Source: an uncultured virus (IMG/VR IMGVR_UViG_3300032167_000098) (Duplodnaviria; Heunggongvirae; Uroviricota; Caudoviricetes). Taken from it: a stretch of 20,000 nucleotides of DNA. How positions within the stretch are numbered: position 1 is the stretch's first letter; each line of letters opens with the position of its first letter. The notes beneath the pieces were generated by a model. It was not told the DNA's origin. It ran no database searches and saw only the letters and a list, made by a program, of their open reading frames with translations. Made by a program: the position numbers and the translations under genes. This document shows positions 8,504 through 16,911 of the stretch, in pieces. Location: positions 53,196-73,195 of the IMG/VR virus record IMGVR_UViG_3300032167_000098; one strand, given 5' to 3'.

Positions 8504-10027
8504 TTATGATTGTAATTTCAATAGGGAGTTTCCTATAATATCTTTCCAATCAGCTATCCATTTATCTATGAATTGTTGAATATTTGTATTGAAGTTACAC
8601 TGATACACTTCGAGACAATCAATTATTGAGCTAAATATCGACTGTAAGTAACTTCCGATGTTGTCACTTGTGTACTGAATGGATCCTGGAACTGTATTAG
8701 TACAGCATTCAAGATAAGTAAGAGGATTATCTACACTGTGTACTTGTTCAAAGCACAAACTACGCAGCTGATCGAGATGACTATCTATTTGGCACATGGA
8801 AGATTCTATCAAATATCTGTACTCAGTTATATCATCTCCCCACAGGTTGGATTGAATTGTAATTAAGTTAAACTTTGATACATAGTATACTGCAAACACT
8901 ATGTTGAAAATTTCTTTCAAATCAATTGTATCTATGTCAGACAGTACGGTAACATCCCAGTCCTCATTATCATCAACAAGAACTACTGTTGAATCATCTT
9001 TCAACTTATCCTGAACAGATGCATCATATAGTACGGTTTGTAGTGCGTCAACGATCTCTTCGGGTGTCACTTGAGCAGATGTTATTCTTTTCAATTTGTA
9101 TTGAATTTCGTTTTCGACAGGAGTTCTGTGCACAGATGCAATGATACCTTTACGTCCATTCAAACCTCTTGCAGACGGAATCTGACCTGTTTCCATATCA
9201 AGTGCATATTTGCCCCAAGAAAGGTCTTCTGTTTCAGGTTCTTCTGAATTTTCCGATTCACTTTCTGTTTGATTCTGTGATTGTTGATCTTCAGGTGCTT
9301 GACCTAATATCTGATCTAGTGCTTTTTTGAATGTCTCCTCAGCATCTTCTAACATATCAGACATCTTTGTACAATGTTGCAGTTTTTGGTTTGTTGTTTC
9401 TGCGTCTCTGAATGCTCTTTGAAACTGTTTAGAAAGATCTTCAGTATTATCTACAGCTTCGCGTTGTAAATCATCTATTGCATTTGAAAGTGAATTAGAT
9501 TCATCTATACTCTGAACTTTCTGCTTTGCCTGTGCACATTGCGTTTTTACATCTTGAATGAAATCTTTTGCTTGTTCTACTAACGCATCATGTTGAACTT
9601 TGATGCTCTCGGCATTTTTGTTATCTGCTGCATCCCAAGCTGCCATAGTAGATCTGATAACTTTCATTGCTTTATCTTCTGTTACATTTTCAGCTACAAA
9701 AGAATGATTGTTTAATCCGGAAACTGTTTTGATTTCTAGACTATATGTCGGAGGCTCGCCTTCACTTTGTATTGGATGAGGTTTGAGAGTTACTTCACAG
9801 AGATAACCTGATTGCCCTTTGGTCTTCTTGTATTCGTCGTTACCAACTTGCCATACCGTAGATGTCGGACCTTTAGATACACGACCGATATCATAACCAC
9901 TTTGCATCAATCCAGATGCAAGAGATCCTAAAGATCTTCCGAACTTTCCAAGACCTTTGATTATAGCATCAATCACACTGCTTGTTGAGCTAGATTGCGT
10001 ATCGCACAGAATTACAAACTTATCCAT
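8504..10027 (-). CDS. Large hypothetical protein with central coiled coil, probable virion protein
   Basis: 507-aa ORF, GAGG RBS, helical middle region, located in the structural gene region. Confidence 0.75.
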   Translation of the reverse strand: MDKFVILCDTQSSSTSSVIDAIIKGLGKFGRSLGSLASGLMQSGYDIGRVSKGPTSTVWQVGNDEYKKTKGQSGYLCEVTLKPHPIQSEGEPPTYSLEIKTVSGLNNHSFVAENVTEDKAMKVIRSTMAAWDAADNKNAESIKVQHDALVEQAKDFIQDVKTQCAQAKQKVQSIDESNSLSNAIDDLQREAVDNTEDLSKQFQRAFRDAETTNQKLQHCTKMSDMLEDAEETFKKALDQILGQAPEDQQSQNQTESESENSEEPETEDLSWGKYALDMETGQIPSARGLNGRKGIIASVHRTPVENEIQYKLKRITSAQVTPEEIVDALQTVLYDASVQDKLKDDSTVVLVDDNEDWDVTVLSDIDTIDLKEIFNIVFAVYYVSKFNLITIQSNLWGDDITEYRYLIESSMCQIDSHLDQLRSLCFEQVHSVDNPLTYLECCTNTVPGSIQYTSDNIGSYLQSIFSSIIDCLEVYQCNFNTNIQQFIDKWIADWKDIIGNSLLKLQS

Positions 10028-10073
10028 AAGTATTTATTACCTCATCATAATATATGTATGTGTATATATAAGA

Positions 10074-10101
10074 TTAACGGCTGCCGTTCCCGACCGCCGC
10101 C
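10074..10101 (-). terminator. GC-rich hairpin with GGAA tetraloop (terminator or stability element)
   Basis: GGCGGCGGUCG-GGAA-CGGCAGCCGUU on the minus strand; weak U tract. Confidence 0.45.
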
Positions 10102-10129
10102 ATCTTATTCAAGAGTGTAAGTATTGAAA

Positions 10130-10534
10130 TTATTTCTTTATTGTCGGATTCTTGCGCGCGATGACTTTCTTATCCGGAACTGCTTTTACAGACGCTTTTA
10201 CAGGTTTCCTAGAAGCTTCCACCGATTTCTTAGGGGTCTTTACGCAAGACTCTACAAATTCAACGTCTTCCTCAGGCTCTACGGTGAATTCATCTTCACC
10301 GACTGCAAATACAACTGTGTCTTCATCTGCCGTTACTTCAACAGGCATACCTGTCACTTCGGCAATGAGTTCCGCAACATCCTCAGTCTCGAACAGAAGC
10401 TCAGAAGCCTCAGGATCTACATCGACTTCAGGTTCGCCCTCTTCAAGCTCAGGAACTTCGTCAACAACCTCATCAACCACAGGCTCGTCGACTATTTCTT
10501 CATCAGCAACTATGCGTTTCTTTTGAATAAACAT
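10130..10534 (-). CDS. Highly acidic protein with basic tail, putative scaffold/internal head protein
   Basis: 134 aa, Glu/Asp/Val-rich, AAGGAG RBS, IVAD/VEAS/VKAS motifs. Confidence 0.7.
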   Translation of the reverse strand: MFIQKKRIVADEEIVDEPVVDEVVDEVPELEEGEPEVDVDPEASELLFETEDVAELIAEVTGMPVEVTADEDTVVFAVGEDEFTVEPEEDVEFVESCVKTPKKSVEASRKPVKASVKAVPDKKVIARKNPTIKK

Positions 10535-10567
10535 ATCAATTCTCCTTGTAAATTATATTGAATTTTA

Positions 10568-11278
10568 TCAGTTGAGAACAACTAATTTGTTTTTGTGAGC
10601 TTGTAATTCTGAGCGAATCGCTTCAAGTTCGGCATTTGCTTCGCTGAGTAACGCTTCACCGTTGAGAGATACATTAGAACCTTCGACAGTGTACTTACTG
10701 CGGCTATGCCCTTGTGCTAACTTCATGTTAGCTACACTCATTCTTACAAGATAATCTATCCAAGTATCTGAAACAATTTCAGAAACATCTTGAAGATCTG
10801 GCACATATCGAATTGTAACAGTAGCAGGACGCGGATCTCTATGAGCACAATAGATAACTTGATTTACAGTATCGAAGCGCCATTGAAAATCTGTTCCAAG
10901 TGTATTACGAACTTGTGCCATCGCCATCTCTGTCATTATCGGATCTATATTAAGTGAACTTGTATTACCGATAGCGCTGTATGTATTTACAGCGGCAGCT
11001 ACCTGGAACACATTTCCGCTATCAATAGAACTCATTGTTAATCCGATACGAGGTTGCGATGCTTGTACGTACAGAACCTTCTTAGTATGAATGTTTTGTC
11101 GGACTAGATCAATTCTTGTTGAATATGGGACTGTTTTTTCTACAGGAGTTTTCATGTATCGTTTTAGCTCACGAAATGCGATAAGAACTGCCTGTTCAGG
11201 AGATAGCCCTTCGATATTTGTGTTAGCAGGTTCGCCAAGTAAAAAGCAAACTTGGCTAACAATTTCAGCCATTTTCAT
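10568..11278 (-). CDS. Neck/head-tail adaptor protein (T4 gp13-like)
   Basis: C-terminal GHSRSKY...VSLNGEALLSEANAELEAIRSEL resembles the gp13-family C-terminus; structural context. Confidence 0.6.
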   Translation of the reverse strand: MKMAEIVSQVCFLLGEPANTNIEGLSPEQAVLIAFRELKRYMKTPVEKTVPYSTRIDLVRQNIHTKKVLYVQASQPRIGLTMSSIDSGNVFQVAAAVNTYSAIGNTSSLNIDPIMTEMAMAQVRNTLGTDFQWRFDTVNQVIYCAHRDPRPATVTIRYVPDLQDVSEIVSDTWIDYLVRMSVANMKLAQGHSRSKYTVEGSNVSLNGEALLSEANAELEAIRSELQAHKNKLVVLN

Positions 11279-11313
11279 ATCATTGAATCTCCTGTATCAA
11301 AAACTATGATATC

Positions 11314-11352
11314 AACGACGAATCGCTACATACTATATAACGATTCGTCGTT
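11314..11352. repeat. Inverted repeat containing the AATCGTTATA motif
   Basis: AACGACGAATCG (11314-11325) ... CGATTCGTCGTT (11341-11352); the inner part also pairs on the minus strand using G-U pairs. Confidence 0.8.
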
Positions 11353-11377
11353 TCATCTATCATCTCAAACGACTTTA

Positions 11378-11983
11378 TCAGCCGTTGCCGTCATCCTGAC
11401 CGTCATCTTGACCGTCATCTTGACCGTCATCTTGACCGTCGTCTTCGCCGTTAGACGCATCAGGATCTTCACCGTAAGTATTGGTGACGCCGAGTATCAT
11501 GATCGGGCTATTATCGCCATTAGCAGCGAACGTGGTGACAAATTCTGCAGCTATCATGAACTGAGCAACCTGTCTCCAATACAGCTCTTCCTGATAATCA
11601 GAGCCAATGTCGAACGATACACCTGCGTTGGTTGTACCAGCTGCTTCAGCATCAACAGCGGCCTTGATAGCAAGATCCCAAATAGCAACTCTCGTTGTAG
11701 TGCTATATGTGGGAAGCAGACCCTTGAGGAAGCCGAGACCATCAACATTAGTAGCGTAGATGGATTTTGCTTTATGTTGAGTGTCAACGGAACCGAGCGA
11801 ATCGCCGGTCAGAACATCCGGATTGAACGTGAAGGTTGTCGTGTTACCGTCAGTATATGCATCACTATCAACATAAGAATTCTGAGGAGCGAAGAATCTT
11901 GCGATCTGCATCGCGTCAGCAGGATTTCTCGGATAGGTAATGCCATCGGTATCGCCGACATACTTTATAGTAATTTTAGACAT
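11378..11983 (-). CDS. Hypothetical protein, probable structural protein, with (GQDD)n tail
   Basis: 201-aa ORF, AAGGAG RBS, own upstream promoter motif. Confidence 0.75.
   Translation of the reverse strand: MSKITIKYVGDTDGITYPRNPADAMQIARFFAPQNSYVDSDAYTDGNTTTFTFNPDVLTGDSLGSVDTQHKAKSIYATNVDGLGFLKGLLPTYSTTTRVAIWDLAIKAAVDAEAAGTTNAGVSFDIGSDYQEELYWRQVAQFMIAAEFVTTFAANGDNSPIMILGVTNTYGEDPDASNGEDDGQDDGQDDGQDDGQDDGNG
11388..11449 (-). repeat. 12-bp tandem repeat (about 5 copies) encoding GEDD-(GQDD)4
   Basis: ccgtcatcttga units seen directly. Confidence 0.9.
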
Positions 11984-12054
11984 ATATTTTTCTCCTTAAT
12001 ATTAAGTGTAAATAGTAAATTCTGCTCTCACCCTTTGTTTACTATTGTTGAAAT

Positions 12055-12065
12055 TATATAAGGTT
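12055..12065 (-). promoter_or_regulatory. Putative phage promoter motif AACCTTATATA
   Basis: Recurrent motif upstream of ATG 11983. Confidence 0.6.
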
Positions 12066-12088
12066 AAGAAATTTATATGATATTTAAA

Positions 12089-12880
12089 TCACCAATTTAC
12101 TGAAATTTTTCTTTGAGATTGATGTAAATAAAGTTGTTGAGGACTTGCAGTAACTGTCGGCAGCATCATCTTGCGCATAGCATATTCGCCATAAGCTTGC
12201 CAGGACGTACACGATATAACAAGATAATCTCTAACTTGCACAGTGTTGTATCTATCAGATACTACAAGTTTAGTAGGACGTGTAACTGTCCCTTTATGAC
12301 TATGTCCGACTACAACGCAATCAATACCATCAAGTATGTTGCCCCATCGTTCATTTCTGTTTACGGTAGCTCCTGTATAGATACCTCCACCAGATCCATG
12401 CGTAACAGCAAATGTATACGTTTGTTTTGAACCTACTCGACCTTCGCCTTTGTTGCGATTTCCTACACCTATACGTAAGAATGCCGCATTCTGTCTGAAC
12501 CTATCCTCAATATCAAGTTTACATGCAATATCATGTGCAGGGTCATCATCAGCATCTCTCAAGCTTCGTTGTTCATGATTGCCAGATACAATACAAAGTA
12601 TTTTATCTTTTATTGGTTTCAAGTACTCTGTCATCGCTATTTTCTGATCACGTGGACGAAGTATATCATCAAAAGGTGAACCCACAGAAGATCTAGTATT
12701 GTTGTTTATCAGATCTCCATTGAGTATGATATAAGAATCTTCCTCTTCAGAAAGTTTTTGAACAAACGCCTCCCATTCAGCCTTTTGATGATTTATTGCA
12801 CCATAGTGCATATCAGCTATAGGATATATGTATACTGGCTTATCAAATCTATAAGTGATTATCTCAAAATCTGACTTCAT
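12089..12880 (-). CDS. Calcineurin-like metallophosphoesterase
   Basis: ADMHYG, GDLINN, GNHE, THG and GHSH motifs; AGGAGG RBS favours ATG at 12880. Confidence 0.9.
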   Translation of the reverse strand: MKSDFEIITYRFDKPVYIYPIADMHYGAINHQKAEWEAFVQKLSEEEDSYIILNGDLINNNTRSSVGSPFDDILRPRDQKIAMTEYLKPIKDKILCIVSGNHEQRSLRDADDDPAHDIACKLDIEDRFRQNAAFLRIGVGNRNKGEGRVGSKQTYTFAVTHGSGGGIYTGATVNRNERWGNILDGIDCVVVGHSHKGTVTRPTKLVVSDRYNTVQVRDYLVISCTSWQAYGEYAMRKMMLPTVTASPQQLYLHQSQRKISVNW

Positions 12881-13013
12881 GTTACCTCCTATTATTCTCA
12901 ATCATAGAAACTCAGATTAGATAGAATAGTAACAGGTTGTAACTACTATCATTGATATAGAAGGTTGAACATAAAGATGACGAACTGATAATTTTTCTTA
13001 TCAATCTGCTATA

Positions 13014-14864
13014 TTATTTAGTATTATTCAATGTGGAAGCAGACCATACCCACTTAATGACTCCCGAATCGTACACACGGACAAATCCATGAGCCTCCAT
13101 TATTTCTTTTTCAGTTTGATGCTCAATATCAATAGAAGCATCGTTGAATAAACTAATCAGGTTGTGTTTTTGACACCGTACTCTATGATAATATTTATTA
13201 TCATCAATAGTTGTCCATACATAGCTGGGAGGTGTTTGATACATTCTACTAAATTGAAGTGTTTGATATAGATTACCTCTAGTATGCGCAACATCTGAAA
13301 ATGATATTACTTTGTCAGGCTGATAATGTTTTAAGAAGTATTTGAATAATTTGCTAGCACCTCCAACAACTGAACAGTTTATCAGATTGCAGAATCGAGA
13401 AAGCTCCCATGTATTTGTTTCAGTGTGAGTTGTTTTACCTATTGTGTTTCTCAAATGATTGAATGTCATAACAGAAACTAATTCATCTGTACTCTTTAAC
13501 TTGAGTCCTATGTAAACTTTAGAAGTAAGCGCACCTTGCCGATGATTACTGTTTAGAAACTCTTTTCCAACAGCAGCAGGTATCTCGAATACATAAGTTT
13601 CACGAGCTCCTATGCGACGTGCAGTACATCCTAATAAGTTTGCAATCATGGACTTAATGACATCTTTGTGAGCTTTCCATTCATATCCAAATATGTGAAA
13701 TAAGAATATACCTTGTTCTGCCGCTTTTTCTGACTTATATTGATGGTATCGATAGTGTTTTGGTTTATCACCCCAACTAGTTCCTATTGATGAGTTATGC
13801 GTAAATGCCGGATTGCATTCAAACGCTATCTGGTATTGAGGAAGATAGATGTCAAGTTCGTGTGGTGTTATCATAGATCTATCATTCTGAATGATCTCAA
13901 CATTAGGTGATATCTGTTTGATGTAATCTACTACCTCACACTCTAACTGACTATACTGATGCGATATAATATCATGACAATCATATTTAACTAAAATATC
14001 ATATATAGTAGTATCAGTTACACCTAGATCTGTCATCAGTTGAAGCATTGTAGGCTTTTCGGTATAGTGTGTCAGCACAAAGTCTCTTGGATCTGATTTG
14101 AATGCTGCGTACACATCTGCTTTTGACGGATCTGTCATGATATTGGCCAGTTCCGCTGCAGTGTATTTACGACCTTCTGGACCATAATGCTGACGATATG
14201 TATATGCTTTCTTAGCTTTGACTTCGTCATTCTGCATAGGGGATGGATGTCCGTATACAAGAGTACAAGTGAATCGACGTCCATTTAGATATCTGTCCGA
14301 TCTCATCACAGCAGAAAGTTTTCTTTTGATTTCAGGATGCTTAGCCGGATTGTCGACACCCATTCTTATTAAACACGTTTGTGCTCGCTTTTCTCGAACT
14401 TCAAGAGAGCTATTCTTCTTACTTATCTTATCTTTAACCTCTTGCAATTCGGAAACGTTGTCAACATTGTAACGTCCTCTAACTGTAGCAACATGCGCCG
14501 CATTGATACATTCTTGAGAGCAGTGCCGTGGCTTGTCTCTAGGCGAACATGTATATGATATTTCCTTTCCACAAACTTCACACAATGTTATGTGCGGACC
14601 TTTGCAGTACCTTTGCGAAGCTTGTACAGGTACAAACATCTTCCCGCACTCTTCACACTGACGCATCGGTTTTGACTGTTTAGATTGTGCAGCTAATTCA
14701 TATGCACATTCTTTCGAACAACATTTATGCGGTTCACTAGGTCGCTGATATGCAACAGGTTTTCCGCAAACAGGACATGGTCTAAAATGTGGACCTGGAC
14801 AGTACACACCATTTCCTACTCTATCAAATTCTTTACCGCAGAGTTTACAAATATATTTTGACAT
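13014..14864 (-). CDS. Hef-like free-standing endonuclease: Cys-rich Zn fingers + helical repeats + PD-(D/E)xK (DUF559/Vsr-like) nuclease + Mom-like GNAT C-terminal domain
   Basis: CxxC repeats; SQLE...ELDIYLP...IAFECN nuclease motif; FLNSNHRQG...LVSVMTF...WELSRFC...GGASKLFKYF...SFSD...GNLY. Confidence 0.75.
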   Translation of the reverse strand: MSKYICKLCGKEFDRVGNGVYCPGPHFRPCPVCGKPVAYQRPSEPHKCCSKECAYELAAQSKQSKPMRQCEECGKMFVPVQASQRYCKGPHITLCEVCGKEISYTCSPRDKPRHCSQECINAAHVATVRGRYNVDNVSELQEVKDKISKKNSSLEVREKRAQTCLIRMGVDNPAKHPEIKRKLSAVMRSDRYLNGRRFTCTLVYGHPSPMQNDEVKAKKAYTYRQHYGPEGRKYTAAELANIMTDPSKADVYAAFKSDPRDFVLTHYTEKPTMLQLMTDLGVTDTTIYDILVKYDCHDIISHQYSQLECEVVDYIKQISPNVEIIQNDRSMITPHELDIYLPQYQIAFECNPAFTHNSSIGTSWGDKPKHYRYHQYKSEKAAEQGIFLFHIFGYEWKAHKDVIKSMIANLLGCTARRIGARETYVFEIPAAVGKEFLNSNHRQGALTSKVYIGLKLKSTDELVSVMTFNHLRNTIGKTTHTETNTWELSRFCNLINCSVVGGASKLFKYFLKHYQPDKVISFSDVAHTRGNLYQTLQFSRMYQTPPSYVWTTIDDNKYYHRVRCQKHNLISLFNDASIDIEHQTEKEIMEAHGFVRVYDSGVIKWVWSASTLNNTK

Positions 14865-14885
14865 AAAAGTTGATCCTCCACATAC

Positions 14886-14912
14886 TATAACGATTCAACA
14901 TTATGAAAGGTT
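14886..14912 (-). promoter_or_regulatory. Putative phage promoter motifs AATCGTTATA (14886-14895) and AACCTTTCAT variant
   Basis: Recurrent motifs directly upstream of the GGAGG RBS. Confidence 0.55.
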
Positions 14913-14941
14913 ATATGGATAGGTGCATATCTTAAAATAGA

Positions 14942-14980
14942 CAAAAAATAAAAAAAGAAATCAGCCGATTTCTCGGCTGA
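14942..14980 (-). terminator. Rho-independent terminator of the tail tube gene
   Basis: UCAGCCGA-GAAA-UCGGCUGA followed by a long U tract. Confidence 0.9.
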
Positions 14981-14998
14981 CCCTTTGGTGTTTGTTGT

Positions 14999-15523
14999 TT
15001 AGGACCTGAAATCAGATGGTTTCATGTAGATCGCTCGGGATATTACAAACGGGACTGATACTTTGACAACAGATCCACCCTCCTGGTTGTGTTCGCCGTT
15101 ATCGAGAGCTCCTATCCAAGTTCCCGGACAGCGAATTACATCTCTTGGATTTCCAGCGCCATCATATTTGATGAAATAGACTTGTCTCATATACTGAGAA
15201 GGCAAACCCATCTTTTCAGTATCTGGATCAAAAACTTGACGCCTCCAAGCCCTTAGTGCTTCAAGCACATTTGGTTCGCAGAAGCAGTTGAGCGTCCATG
15301 TAACATCTTCAAATGCAACTTTGGACGGGAACTTAATGAGACCATTAGCGTAATGTACTGTGATGATGTCTTCAGACTCTGCGATAGCTCCAACAGTATC
15401 TGTACTCAATGTGAGCAGGTCAGCAAATTCTGTCGGAGTAGTTCCATCCATGTTGTATACTCTAACTTCAAAGTTGTTTGTTGTTAGCGGTACCCAGTTG
15501 TCGATACCTAACATATGGTTGGT
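14999..15523 (-). CDS. Tail tube protein (T4 gp19-like), exon 2 (174 aa)
   Basis: PLTTNNFEV...ITVHYANGLIKFPSKVAFEDVTWT...AWRRQVFDPDTEKMGLPSQYMRQ...YDGAG...GTWI pattern of gp19-like tubes; the track's TTG start at 15544 has no RBS and lies within intron structure. Confidence 0.8.
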   Translation of the reverse strand, partial: TNHMLGIDNWVPLTTNNFEVRVYNMDGTTPTEFADLLTLSTDTVGAIAESEDIITVHYANGLIKFPSKVAFEDVTWTLNCFCEPNVLEALRAWRRQVFDPDTEKMGLPSQYMRQVYFIKYDGAGNPRDVIRCPGTWIGALDNGEHNQEGGSVVKVSVPFVISRAIYMKPSDFRS

Positions 15524-15958
15524 CATTGTGATGTATTCGCACAAGTTCGCAACGCTTGCGCCGTCATGTAAGGTATCTGATTACATGACTGCTGAATCTT
15601 TCAATTCAGATTAGAACATATCTTCATCCGTTGTGTGAACGGAGCTGTATTTTTCTTCCACCGTAGGCGATTGTGGTTCTACTCTCCCGCAAGGAGATGT
15701 TCGTTGGACGTCTTTCATGTACACCTTTATTGGATTGTGTGTATGTAGAAAGTTCGCTGCTAAACATCCATTGTTCTAAATGTGACTGTTAGCACATCCG
15801 AAGATGCTTTTATTTCAGCATAAGTCATTCGTACACTTCTTTCTGCTTTCGCTCTATCACGCTCATCTTTTCAGATCACGTTGTAGCTGTACGACTTTAG
15901 GAATTCAAAGCAGTTAACACAGGGTCATCACCAGTTACCTGATAATGAGGGCCAATCA
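15524..15958 (-). ncRNA. Group I intron (subgroup IA2-like, ORF-less, about 435 nt) in the tail tube gene
   Basis: P AACUGCUUUGAA (15904-15915), Q UUUAGCAGC (about 15756-15764), R CCAACGAACAU (15697-15707), S AAGAUAUGUUCU (15613-15624); P3 CUGUGUU/AAUACAG; P7 GAACA/UGUUC; P2, P7.1, P7.2, P8, P9 (GAAA loop), P9.1 and P9.2 hairpins; ends in G. Confidence 0.9.
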
Positions 15959-15982
15959 CCCCATCTTTAATGGTGTAAACAT
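15959..15982 (-). CDS. Tail tube protein exon 1 (MFTPLKMG)
   Basis: Strong AGGAGG RBS, ATG at 15982, 8 codons then TGA at the intron start; joins exon 2 in frame to give 182 aa. Confidence 0.8.
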
Positions 15983-16027
15983 ATCTTTATTCTCCTCCTA
16001 TAAAATAAAATGATTGTTGTATGAAGA

Positions 16028-16095
16028 TATACAAGGTGTGCGACTGAGAATCATATCATACAATAAAATATATTTATTTACAATCACCTTATATA
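16028..16095. promoter_or_regulatory. Divergent promoter pair: ACCTTGTATA (minus, 16028-16037) and ACCTTATATA (plus, 16086-16095)
   Basis: Each copy is on the coding strand of its gene, about 40-46 nt from the ATG. Confidence 0.6.
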
Positions 16096-16135
16096 CATAA
16101 AAAAGAGGATGTAAGGGACAGGAGAATGATATCTT

Positions 16136-16780
16136 ATGAATACTAAACGAGTGTATACTGTACGAGCTAGATATAATGTAGACAATGTTGCACAACTTGC
16201 CGAAGTACAGAAGAAGAGAGTAGCAACATTTGCTGCAAAGCGCAGTATGATGTATTATGAAAAGCCTGCAATTGATCACATCATTGATGGTCATTCTCTC
16301 ACAGTATATAAGATTCACAAACGAATTGCAGATGATTGGCTGAATCGCTATCATCCATGTAAAGCTCCAAAAGGAAACATACTTTGTTTAGGATTGGTCA
16401 AAGGAGATCAGCTTCTTTGCTTGATGACTTTCAAGAAAGCTAGAAACAAAAAGTATGTAGCAGAGATGTCACGAATGTGGACACTCTCACATTACTATAT
16501 CATTGACGGATATGATATTCTTTCACGTGCTGCATCTGAATACGGATTGTATAACATTGTAGCGTATGTTGACCTCCTGTATGAAAACGAAGAGGACTAC
16601 AAACAAATTGGAATGAAGCGTACTGGTAGCATACAAAAAACGCGATGGTGGTGTTCACCTACAGATAAGATTACAGATGCATCTCGCAGACAAAAACATC
16701 TCTCAATAGAAAGCATGAGGGAGACTGGATATCTGCCGATGTATGACTGTGGTCAAGCTGTGTATGAGTTCAAACACTAA
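16136..16780 (+). CDS. Nuclease-less paralogue of the Hef-like proteins: one helical repeat + Mom-like GNAT domain
   Basis: TVRARYNVDNVAQLAEV vs TVRGRYNVDNVSELQEV in 13014..14864; WLNRYH...LLCLMTF...EMSRM...AYVD...YKQIGM...MYDCG aligns with the C-terminal domain; AGGAG RBS. Confidence 0.75.
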   Translation: MNTKRVYTVRARYNVDNVAQLAEVQKKRVATFAAKRSMMYYEKPAIDHIIDGHSLTVYKIHKRIADDWLNRYHPCKAPKGNILCLGLVKGDQLLCLMTFKKARNKKYVAEMSRMWTLSHYYIIDGYDILSRAASEYGLYNIVAYVDLLYENEEDYKQIGMKRTGSIQKTRWWCSPTDKITDASRRQKHLSIESMRETGYLPMYDCGQAVYEFKH

Positions 16781-16838
16781 CGCCCGTATTTATTCCAAAC
16801 TTGGTACCACTAAAGGTTGTACATGTTACATGATTCAA

Positions 16839-16878
16839 TAAAAAAGATTGCGATTTCTCGCAATCTTAATTTTTTTTA
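16839..16878. terminator. Bidirectional terminator between convergent genes
   Basis: AAGATTGCGA-TTTC-TCGCAATCTT flanked by A and T tracts. Confidence 0.85.
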
Positions 16879-16911
16879 TAATTGAAACAATATGATCTAA
16901 TCTCTCTACGA

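Noticed and set aside
10124..10561. Plus-strand ORFs, including the Ser/Thr-rich 124-aa one
   Set aside because: Antisense shadows of the Glu/Asp/Val-rich gene 10130..10534
11388..11449. Possible CRISPR-like array
   Set aside because: Contiguous 12-bp units with no spacers, in frame within a CDS
11252..12061. 269-aa plus-strand ORF
   Set aside because: Antisense shadow of 11378..11983; its VILT repeats are just the reverse reading of the GQDD repeat
15524..15544. TTG start at 15544 (MCEYITM...) for the tail tube gene
   Set aside because: No RBS, and it lies within the P9.2 region of the intron; the RBS and ATG at 15982 are the better start
15524..15961. Translational bypass or stop-codon readthrough (T4 gene 60-like) across the 435-nt in-frame gap
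   Set aside because: No matching GGG landing codon before exon 2, and the gap has a complete group I core
15998..16354. 118-aa minus-strand ORF
   Set aside because: Overlaps the well-supported + gene and the divergent promoter region; no RBS or recognisable motif
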